Shown piece after piece: positions 24,853 through 32,000 of a DNA stretch of 32,000 bases. The translations under genes and the position numbers were made by a program. The notes under the pieces are model-generated. The model was not told the origin of the DNA. It searched no databases and saw only the letters and a program-made list of their open reading frames with translations. The stretch comes from Allocatelliglobosispora scoriae (GTDB lineage Bacteria; Actinomycetota; Actinomycetes; Mycobacteriales; Micromonosporaceae): contig NZ_JACHMN010000002.1 of assembly GCF_014204945.1 (NCBI RefSeq), positions 974,503 to 1,006,502 of the forward strand. Direction: 5' to 3'. Position 1 is the stretch's first letter; each line of letters opens with the position of its first letter.

Positions 24853-27800
24853 TCAGGCCAGGCGGGCCAGCAGCGCCGTCAGCCGATCGGGGTCGGGCAG
24901 GCCCAGCGCCGCGAAGATCGCCTGCGCTGCTGCGGCCTGGTGCCGGACGAGTTCGGGATCCTCACCGCTCGCCCGGTGCGCGGCGGCGAGTCCGGCGTAC
25001 GCCCGGCCCAGCTCGCGCTGATCACCGGAGGACTCGGCGAAACGCATCGCCTCGGCGTGCCGGGACCGGGCGTGGTCGGCGTGGCCGCAGTCCATCAGCG
25101 CCTCACCGAGGTTGTTGAGCACCTCGATCTCGTTGCGGCGGTCGCCGATCTCCCGGAACCGGGTCAGCGCCTCCTCGTGCAGCTCCACCGCCCGGTAGTG
25201 CTGGCCGAGCAGGCCCTGCGCGGTGCCGAGGTTGGTCATCGCCGTCGCCTCGCCCACCCGGTCGCCGAGCTTGCGGAAGGCGTCGCCCGCCATGCCGTGC
25301 AGCCGCACCGCCACGTCCAGCTCCCCTCGGCGCTGATGCACGCCGGCGAGACTGCCCCAGGCCCGGGCGAGCGCGTCACCGCTGCGCAGCTCCTCGCAGA
25401 TCGCCTGCGCCGCGCGGTACTGCAGCATCGCCTTGTCGAGATCGTTCATCGACTCGTGGATCGCGCCGAGGTTGGTGAGGGTGCGGGCCTGGCCGATCCG
25501 GTCGTCGATCCGGGCGAGCAGCTCCAGGGCGTAGAGCTGCTGGCCGATCGCGTCCTCGTTGGCCCCCTGCCGCCAGGAGATCCGGCCCAGGGTGCCCAGC
25601 GCGCGAGCCAGCCCCAGATCGTCGCCCCGCTCGGTGAACAGGTCCACGCTGCGCCCCAGCAGCTGCTTCGCCTCCTCGAAGTCGGCGAACCGGGTCAGGG
25701 TCGACCCGAGCTGGAGCAGGGCCTCCGCCTCGCCGGCGCGGTCCCCCAGCGCCTCGGCCGTCCGCAGGGCCGCGCGGTTGAGGGTGAGCGCGTCGGTGAG
25801 GAACCCGCCGTGGTCGAGGTAGCGGAAGAGCACCACGGCGAGCTTCAGCAGGTACTCCGGGCGGCCGTGCTCCTCGGCGTGGACCGTGGTGGCGAGCAGG
25901 CTGGTGCGCTCGCCGTCGAGCCAGGCGAGCGCGGACGCGGGGTCGGGCAGCGGCGGGCGCGCCAGGTCCGGGAGGTCGACGCGGGGGCGCCGCTCCCGCT
26001 CGTCGGGCATGAGCACGTCCATCGCCGCCGAGGCGGTCGAGAGGTAGTAGCCGAGCACCGATGTGATCGCCTCGTCGCGATCGGCGGGACCGTCGGTCGA
26101 TTCGACGAGCTGTGCGGCGTAGAGCGCCATGAGGTTGTGCATGGCGTAGCGCTCGTGCGCGATCGGCCGGATCAGGTTGGCCTCCGCGAGCTCCCTGAGC
26201 AGCAGGTTCGCCCGCGCCGGCTCGATGCCGCCGAGCGCCGCCGCGGCGTAGGGCGTGACGCCGTCGCCGGGGTGCAGGCTGAGCAGGCGGAACAGTCGCG
26301 CGGGCTCCTGGGGCAGCGCGTCGTAGGACCAGCGGAAGACCTCCTGCACCGCCGTGGTGGAGTCGGCGTCGGCGTCGAGCGCGGAGAGCACCGAGGACCG
26401 GTCGGTCAGCTCCGCCGCCAGAGCCGAGAGCTCCTGCCCGGCCCGCAGGGCCAGGCCCGCGCCGGCGAGGGTGATCGCCAGCGGCAGACCGCCGCAGCAG
26501 CGGGCGATCTGCTGGAGGAACTCGACATCCGCGGACTCCCGGGCCGGGCGGATGTATTCGCGCAGCAGCTCGACGGAGTCGTCGAGGTTGAGCAGGCCGA
26601 GGTTGAGGGCGAGGCCCTGGTTGCGGGCGACGAGCCCGCCTAGGCGGCGGCGGCTCGTCACGATCACCAGCGACCCGGGCGCGGTCGGCATCAGCTGCGC
26701 GACCTGCTCGGCCGCGGCGACGTTGTCGAGCAGGACGAGCACCGGGCGGCGCTCGGCGAGGGTGCGGTAGAGGGCGCGCTTGGCGAGGGTGTCCGGCGGG
26801 ATCCGGGCCGGCGCGACACCGAGGGCGGTGAGGAACTCGTCGAGGACCTGCCCGGTCTCCGCCGTCCCGGCCGGGCCGAACGCCCCGAGGTCGGCTTGCA
26901 GGCACCCGCCGGGGTAGCGGCCCTTGATCCGGTGCGCCCAGCCCACGGCGAGGGTGGTCTTGCCGACGCCGGGCGGGCCGAAGATCCCGACCAGCCGCAC
27001 CGAGTTGCGGCTGCCCCGCTGGTCGGCCTCGAAGATCCCGTTGAGCTGGCCCAGCTCGGTGCCCCGCCCGACGATCGAACCGAGCGCCGGGACCAGGGTC
27101 GACGGCGCGACCGGTGCCGCGGCGGCCGGCGCGCCGAGCGTCAGGCTCGGGTCCTGGTGCAGCATCCGCAGGTGCAGCGACTGCAGCAGCGGCGAGGGCT
27201 GCCGGGCCTCCTGCGCGAGCAGCCGCTTGGTCAGCTTCCGGTAGTGGGCCAGGGCCTGCCCGACATCCCCGGCCCGGTAGAGCGCGACCATGTACTGCTC
27301 GGCGAGGCGCTCGTTGGTGAAGTGCCGGGTGACCAGGCCCCGGATCACGTCGAGCAGCTCGACGTGCAGGCCCGCGTCCAGCCAGGCGCGGTTGCGCGAC
27401 AGGCACGCCTCGAACCACTGCTGGCGCAGGGTCGCGCCGTGCTCGCGCAGCCACAGGCTGTCGGTACGCGCGAACGGAACCCCCCGCCACAGCTCCAGCG
27501 CGTCGTCGAGCATGTGCCGCGCCGCCTCGCCGTACCGGGTCGCCTGCCGCATCAGGTGCCCGAACAGGTGCACGTCGACGAGCAGCGGATCCACGTCGAT
27601 CGTGTAGCCGTCGCCGGTCTTGCGGACACCCACCCCGAGCGGCTTGAGCTTGTCGCGGATGCGGGAGATGTAGACGTGGACCAGCGACGCCGCGGGCGGC
27701 GTATCGCCCCAGACCCGGCTCAGCAGATCCTCGATGGACACCGCCTCGCCGGCCGAGAGGAGCAGCACGGCGAGGACCGCCTGGAGCTTCGTCGGCCCGC

Positions 27801-27870
27801 CGTCCACCTCGACCTCACCGGAACGGATCTGCATGGCTCCCAGCAGCCGAAACACCGGTTCCTCTGGCAT
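24853..27870 (-). CDS. AfsR-type regulator: SARP/BTAD + NB-ARC (STAND) NTPase + TPR repeats
   Basis: MPEEPVFRLLGAMQIRSGEVEVDGGPTKLQAVLAVLLLSAGEAVSIEDLLSRVWG; Walker A GIFGPPGVGKTTLAVGWAH; Walker B RPVLVLLDNV; ARCCGGLPLAITLAGAGLA; many TPRs such as ARTLTNLGAIHESMNDLDKAMLQYRAA. Confidence 0.93.
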   Translation of the reverse strand: MPEEPVFRLLGAMQIRSGEVEVDGGPTKLQAVLAVLLLSAGEAVSIEDLLSRVWGDTPPAASLVHVYISRIRDKLKPLGVGVRKTGDGYTIDVDPLLVDVHLFGHLMRQATRYGEAARHMLDDALELWRGVPFARTDSLWLREHGATLRQQWFEACLSRNRAWLDAGLHVELLDVIRGLVTRHFTNERLAEQYMVALYRAGDVGQALAHYRKLTKRLLAQEARQPSPLLQSLHLRMLHQDPSLTLGAPAAAAPVAPSTLVPALGSIVGRGTELGQLNGIFEADQRGSRNSVRLVGIFGPPGVGKTTLAVGWAHRIKGRYPGGCLQADLGAFGPAGTAETGQVLDEFLTALGVAPARIPPDTLAKRALYRTLAERRPVLVLLDNVAAAEQVAQLMPTAPGSLVIVTSRRRLGGLVARNQGLALNLGLLNLDDSVELLREYIRPARESADVEFLQQIARCCGGLPLAITLAGAGLALRAGQELSALAAELTDRSSVLSALDADADSTTAVQEVFRWSYDALPQEPARLFRLLSLHPGDGVTPYAAAALGGIEPARANLLLRELAEANLIRPIAHERYAMHNLMALYAAQLVESTDGPADRDEAITSVLGYYLSTASAAMDVLMPDERERRPRVDLPDLARPPLPDPASALAWLDGERTSLLATTVHAEEHGRPEYLLKLAVVLFRYLDHGGFLTDALTLNRAALRTAEALGDRAGEAEALLQLGSTLTRFADFEEAKQLLGRSVDLFTERGDDLGLARALGTLGRISWRQGANEDAIGQQLYALELLARIDDRIGQARTLTNLGAIHESMNDLDKAMLQYRAAQAICEELRSGDALARAWGSLAGVHQRRGELDVAVRLHGMAGDAFRKLGDRVGEATAMTNLGTAQGLLGQHYRAVELHEEALTRFREIGDRRNEIEVLNNLGEALMDCGHADHARSRHAEAMRFAESSGDQRELGRAYAGLAAAHRASGEDPELVRHQAAAAQAIFAALGLPDPDRLTALLARLA

Positions 27871-27949
27871 CGTCACGAGTACATGGTGCAGAGTGTCCAG
27901 TCGGCAGACAAGGCTCATAGGACCTATCCGGGCCGATCGGTCCGAGCGG

Positions 27950-29710
27950 TCACACCAGTTGGGCCGCCTGGAGCCGCGCGTAGGCGCCGTTCGCCGTCAC
28001 GAGGTCGTCGTGCGGGCCGACCTCCTCGATCCGGCCGTCGCGCATCACCACGATCCGGTCGGCGTTGCGGATCGTGGAGAGGCGGTGCGCGACGACGAAG
28101 ACCGTGCGGCCCCGCACCAGCCGCTCCAGCGCCTCCTGGATCAGCCGCTCCGAGTGGGTGTCCAGCGCCGAGGTCGCCTCGTCGAGGATGAGCACCCGGG
28201 GGTCGCGGATCAGCGCCCGGGCGATCGCGAGCCGCTGCCGCTGCCCGCCGGACAGGCGCGCGCCCCGGTCGCCGACGACGGTCGCCTCGCCCTCCGGAAG
28301 CGCGTCGACGAACTCCAGCGCGTTGGCATCGGCGAGCGCCTGGCGGACCCGCTCCGGCGAGACGTCGGTCATGCCGTAGGTGACGTTCTCGGTGATGCTG
28401 CCCTCGAACAGGATCGGCTCCTGCGGCACGATCGACAGGCTGGTGCGGTAACTGCGCAGGTCCAGCTCCTCCATGTCGCGCCCGTCGAGCAGGATCCGGC
28501 CGCTGGTCGGGCGCAGGAAGCCGATGACGAGGTTGAGCACGGTCGACTTGCCCGCGCCGGAGGGGCCGACGAAGGCGATCCGCTCGCCGGGGGCCACGCT
28601 CAGGGTGAAGTCGCGCACGGCCTGGACGGTGTCGTAGGCGTACCCGACGCCGTGGAAGTCGATCGCACCGCGGACCTGGTCGACCGTCGCGCGCCCGGCG
28701 TTGCGCTCCAGGTCGGGGGCTTGCAGCACCTCGCCGACGGACCGGACCGACTCGAGTCCCTTCATGATCTGCGGACCGAGGTTCATCAGCATGATCACCG
28801 ATGTGGTGAGGCTGCCGAAATAGGCGCTGAGCATGACCACGTCGCCCGCGGTGATCGGCGCCCAGCCGTAGTAGGCGACCAGGGCCGACCCGGCGAGGCA
28901 GGCGACGCCGATCATGTTGAGCGACATCCACGACAGCGCGCCGAAGCGGCCGTTGACGAGGTCGACCCGCAGCCCCGCGTCGAGGACCCGGCTCAGCGTG
29001 CCGTCGACCCGGCGCATCGCCGCCCGCTCCAGGCCGTGCGCGCGGGTGATCGGGATCAGCGTCGTCATCTCCGAGACCCGGGTGGAGAGCTGCTCCACCT
29101 CGCGGCGCAGCACCTCGTTGTCGGTGCGCATGCGGTTGCGCAGCTTCATCGCCAGCAGCGCCGCGCACGGCACCAGGACGAGGAAGACCGGCAGGAAGAC
29201 GGGTACGCGCACCGCGATCACCACGAGGCCGCCGACGAGCATCATCGTGGCGGCAAGCCCCATGTCCCCGGCCTGCTGCACCATCGTCTCGATGCTCTCC
29301 ACATCGCGGATGACCTTGTTCTGCAGGACGCCCGCGCTCATCCGGGTGTGGTAGCCGATGGAGAGCTGCTGCATCCGGCCGACCAGGGCCGAGCGCAGAC
29401 CGGTGCCCATCCGGCGGACCGCCGTCGACAGGCAGCGGACGAAGAGCACGTGGAAGGGGTAGTTCAGGGCCAGCGCGGCGAGGAGCAGCAGTGTGTTGAG
29501 CCAGAGCTCGCCGATCGGCCGGTGCTGCACGACCACGTCGATCACATTGGCCGTGACCAGGGGCAACAACCAGGTCGGGCTGTGCTTGACCGCGAAGGCC
29601 ACGACCGCCAGCGCGAGTCGCGCCTTGTCGTCGGCGAGCAGATACGCGACGGTACGCACGGGGTGCTCGCCCGAGTAGCGGCGGTCCATGGGATTAACGT
29701 GGGCGGACAT
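27950..29710 (-). CDS. ABC exporter, fused transmembrane and ATP-binding domains
   Basis: Six-TM N-terminal region; Walker A FVGPSGAGKST; Q-loop IVPQEPILF; signature RLSGGQRQRLAIARALIRDPRVLILDEATSALD; H-loop VVAHRLSTI. Only this part of the 1299-aa open frame is coding. Confidence 0.95.
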   Translation of the reverse strand: MSAHVNPMDRRYSGEHPVRTVAYLLADDKARLALAVVAFAVKHSPTWLLPLVTANVIDVVVQHRPIGELWLNTLLLLAALALNYPFHVLFVRCLSTAVRRMGTGLRSALVGRMQQLSIGYHTRMSAGVLQNKVIRDVESIETMVQQAGDMGLAATMMLVGGLVVIAVRVPVFLPVFLVLVPCAALLAMKLRNRMRTDNEVLRREVEQLSTRVSEMTTLIPITRAHGLERAAMRRVDGTLSRVLDAGLRVDLVNGRFGALSWMSLNMIGVACLAGSALVAYYGWAPITAGDVVMLSAYFGSLTTSVIMLMNLGPQIMKGLESVRSVGEVLQAPDLERNAGRATVDQVRGAIDFHGVGYAYDTVQAVRDFTLSVAPGERIAFVGPSGAGKSTVLNLVIGFLRPTSGRILLDGRDMEELDLRSYRTSLSIVPQEPILFEGSITENVTYGMTDVSPERVRQALADANALEFVDALPEGEATVVGDRGARLSGGQRQRLAIARALIRDPRVLILDEATSALDTHSERLIQEALERLVRGRTVFVVAHRLSTIRNADRIVVMRDGRIEEVGPHDDLVTANGAYARLQAAQLV

Positions 29711-29758
29711 GACCTCGATCATGGTGTGATCAACGTGGCTTGGCGAGAGGATTACCGC

Positions 29759-30613
29759 ATGATGCGCGTCGCAGTGACCGGTGGCAGCGGCAAGTTGGGC
29801 CGTGCCGTCGTGGACGAACTGGTCAGCCACGGCCACCAGGTGACCAACCTGGACATCGTGGCGCCTCGGGAGCAGCGGTGCCCGTACACCAGGATTGATC
29901 TGACCGACTTCGGGCAGGTGGTGGAGGCGCTGACCGCGATCGACGCCCGGCACGACGGCCTGGACGCGCTGGTGCACCTGGCGGCGATCCCCGGACCCGG
30001 CGCCGCCGCCAACGCGGCGACCTTCCACAACAACGTCACCAGCAGCTACAACGTCTTCTCCGCGGCACGCCTGGCCGGGATCAAGAACGTCGTGTGGGCG
30101 TCGAGCGAGACCCTGCTCGGGCTGCCGCTGGAGATCCCGCCGGTGGCGATCCCGATCGACGAGGAGCAGGACGCCCGGCCGGAGACGGCCTATTCGCTGG
30201 CGAAGCTGGTGGACGAGACGATGGCGGCGCAGTTCTGCCGCTGGGATCCGGCGCTGAAGATGGTCGGGCTGCGGTTCTCCAACGTGATGGAGCCGCACGA
30301 CTACGCGCAGTTCCCCGGCTTCGACGCCGACCCGTCGGTGCGCAAGTGGAACCTCTGGGGCTACATCGACGCCCGCGACGGGGCCCAGGCGGTCCGCAAG
30401 GCGCTGGACTACCAGGCCACGGGCCTGGAGGTCTTCATCATCGCCAACGCCGACACGGTGATGAGCCGCCCGTCGGCGGAGCTGGCGGCGGAGGTCTTCC
30501 CCGGCGTGCCGATCAGCCGCGAGATCACCGGTACGCAGACGCTGCTCAGCATCGACAAGGCCCGCCGGCTGCTGGGTTACGAGCCGCAGCACTCCTGGCG
30601 CGGCCACGCCTGA
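29759..30613 (+). CDS. NAD-dependent epimerase/dehydratase (SDR superfamily)
   Basis: MMRVAVTGGSGKLGRAVVDELVSHGHQVTNLD (Rossmann), SSETLLG, ETAYSLAKLVDE (YxxxK). Confidence 0.93.
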   Translation: MMRVAVTGGSGKLGRAVVDELVSHGHQVTNLDIVAPREQRCPYTRIDLTDFGQVVEALTAIDARHDGLDALVHLAAIPGPGAAANAATFHNNVTSSYNVFSAARLAGIKNVVWASSETLLGLPLEIPPVAIPIDEEQDARPETAYSLAKLVDETMAAQFCRWDPALKMVGLRFSNVMEPHDYAQFPGFDADPSVRKWNLWGYIDARDGAQAVRKALDYQATGLEVFIIANADTVMSRPSAELAAEVFPGVPISREITGTQTLLSIDKARRLLGYEPQHSWRGHA

Positions 30614-30679
30614 GTCACGTTTTGCAGCACAGCGTGGCCTCGCTTCGCGATGAGGCCACGCTTTGCTGCAAAACGTGAC
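30614..30679. terminator. Hairpin family A, copy 3: 28-nt arms with one mismatch
   Basis: gtcacgttttgcagcacagcgtggcctc (30614-30641) / gaggccacgctttgctgcaaaacgtgac (30652-30679). It starts immediately after the epimerase stop codon, between convergent genes. Confidence 0.93.
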
Positions 30680-30714
30680 GCGGGCCGACGCGCCTCGCGG
30701 GGCGGCCTCGCTCC

Positions 30715-31275
30715 TCAGGCCTGGGAGATCTCCGTCTCGTAGCGGCGGCGCAGCTCGTCCGGGAGGTCCTTGTCGGCGAAGCCGCTCAGGGCCCTGGCCT
30801 CCAGGTTGTCCGGGATCATCGCGCGGACCCGGTCCGGGTAGCCGAGACCGGCGGCGGCGATCCGGACCTCCGCGGGCGCGGTGAGCGAGACGGCCGTCGG
30901 GCCCGAGATGCGGGACGCGAAGTCCCAGTCGGTGCCCGGCGGCGCGGAGGCGCAGAGGAAGTAGGCGTAGACCCAGCGGACCTGGGCGAGCTCGCGCACG
31001 TCGGCGGGGTCGGTGCCGAACGTCTCCGCCACACAGATGATCTTGTCTTCGGCGGCGACGTCGTGCCCGTGGTCGTGGTGCTCGGCCGGGGAGACGTGCT
31101 CCAGAATCCCGGCCACGGTGATGTCGAGCTGCTCGTAGAGCCGCTCGACCGGGGTGCCCCGCAACGGGACCACCACCAGCAGCGCGGTGACCGCCAACGC
31201 CACGATCGACGCCTCGACGCGAAGCCAGTGCGCGCTGCGCCGCAACCATCCGGTGACGTCGATTCCCGTGGACAT
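30715..31275 (-). CDS. Uncharacterised protein with an N-terminal TM segment
   Basis: MSTGIDVTGWLRRSAHWLRVEASIVALAVTALLVVVPLRGTPVERLYEQLDITVAGILEHVSPAEHHDHGHDV...RWVYAYFLCASAPPGTDWDF; alternative ATG at 31284. Confidence 0.65.
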   Translation of the reverse strand: MSTGIDVTGWLRRSAHWLRVEASIVALAVTALLVVVPLRGTPVERLYEQLDITVAGILEHVSPAEHHDHGHDVAAEDKIICVAETFGTDPADVRELAQVRWVYAYFLCASAPPGTDWDFASRISGPTAVSLTAPAEVRIAAAGLGYPDRVRAMIPDNLEARALSGFADKDLPDELRRRYETEISQA

Positions 31276-31343
31276 AGGCGCCATGATCGCATCTCCGATC
31301 GGCGCGGTCCATGCTCGCTGCGCTCCGGCCCTCCCCGCGCCCG

Positions 31344-32000
31344 CTACCGCAGGGCGGCGAGCAGCTCCCGCTCGCGAGCGGCGCTGAGGCCGGCCCGGCG
31401 CCCGCGGTCCAGCCCCTGCTCGCGTTCCCAGACGAGGGTGTCGGCGAGCAGGTCGCGACGCGGGCGGTGCCGCAGCCCGGCCGCCACGGCGGCGGCGCCG
31501 CTGCGCGCGGAGAATCCCTGCCAGTCCGGGTCGGCGATCCACAGCGGCAGCGACTCGGGGCCCATGTACTCCGCCACACCCTGATCGACCAGCCACGACG
31601 ACGGCGCCGCGACGACCGGGCCGGTGTGCCCGCCGAGCTCGCGCGACAATCCCAGCCACTGGCTGAAGGGCTCGATCGGCCCGACCGCGTTGAAGATCCC
31701 GGTCGTGCCGGACTCCGCGCCGTCGAGCAGCCACGCGGCGAGATCGCGCACGTCGATCGCCTGGGTCGGCCGGTCCGGGGTGTCGGGGACGAGCATCGGG
31801 CCCTCGGGGTCGCGGGCGGAGCGGGCCACCCAGTAGCCCGATCGTCCACTGTGGTCGCCGGGCCCGCCGATCAGCCCGGCCCGCGCGACGAGCAGGCGAT
31901 CGCCCAGCGCCTCCATCGAGGCGAGCTCGCAGGCGGCCTTCGCCGGACCGTACTGCTCGATCGCGACCTCGTCCTCGGTCGCCGGCTCGAGCAGCTCCGC
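31344..32000 (-). CDS. NAD-dependent epimerase/dehydratase, N-terminus beyond the window edge
   Basis: [94 protein letters not shown]; YxxxK retained; reads through to position 32000. Confidence 0.88.
   Translation of the reverse strand, partial: AELLEPATEDEVAIEQYGPAKAACELASMEALGDRLLVARAGLIGGPGDHSGRSGYWVARSARDPEGPMLVPDTPDRPTQAIDVRDLAAWLLDGAESGTTGIFNAVGPIEPFSQWLGLSRELGGHTGPVVAAPSSWLVDQGVAEYMGPESLPLWIADPDWQGFSARSGAAAVAAGLRHRPRRDLLADTLVWEREQGLDRGRRAGLSAARERELLAALR

Noticed and set aside
24940-26643. 567-aa plus-strand ORF
   Set aside because: Antisense to the TPR and NTPase regions of the SARP-STAND gene, with low-complexity translation.
25376-27490. 704-aa minus-strand ORF
   Set aside because: Alternative frame within the SARP-STAND gene; the real frame shows Walker motifs and TPRs.
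29711-31849. N-terminal two-fifths of the 1299-aa minus-strand ORF
   Set aside because: The ABC exporter starts near 29710. The upstream in-frame part is antisense to the epimerase and overlaps other genes; it is an open frame by GC bias only.

Overview
High-GC actinobacterial (Micromonosporaceae/Streptomyces-like) chromosomal DNA. No rRNA, tRNA, CRISPR array, transposase or integrase is visible. Left half: MFS transporters, a DUF2087 protein, a VOC protein, a secreted alpha-amylase, a DinB-like protein, a SigB/F-type sigma factor and a zinc-carboxypeptidase with a C-terminal P-domain. A short SARP and a secreted S8 protease follow. Middle: an XRE/MFS divergent pair, a predicted membrane-anchored TIR/beta-propeller protein, an excisionase-type antitoxin-like gene with no visible toxin, a large XRE protein, a secreted SH3 protein, a photolyase and an S1 protease with the same type of P-domain. 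Right half: a Crp/Fnr regulator next to a class III nucleotidyl-cyclase-like gene. They converge on a minus-strand island of an AfsR-type SARP-STAND-TPR regulator, two very small proteins, a JAMM/MPN metallopeptidase-like protein and an uncharacterised ORF preceded by 11-bp direct repeats and a translationally overlapping mini-ORF. An ABC exporter and two NAD-epimerases complete the window. Best candidates for something undescribed: (1) the SARP-STAND / small protein / JAMM island at about 22.4-27.9 kb with related upstream motifs; (2) the TIR-TM-YVTN propeller protein beside the PIN-less antitoxin; (3) the Crp + cyclase pair; (4) two families of dispersed long hairpins, five copies in total, one with arm covariation. 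All assignments are by eye; no database search was run.
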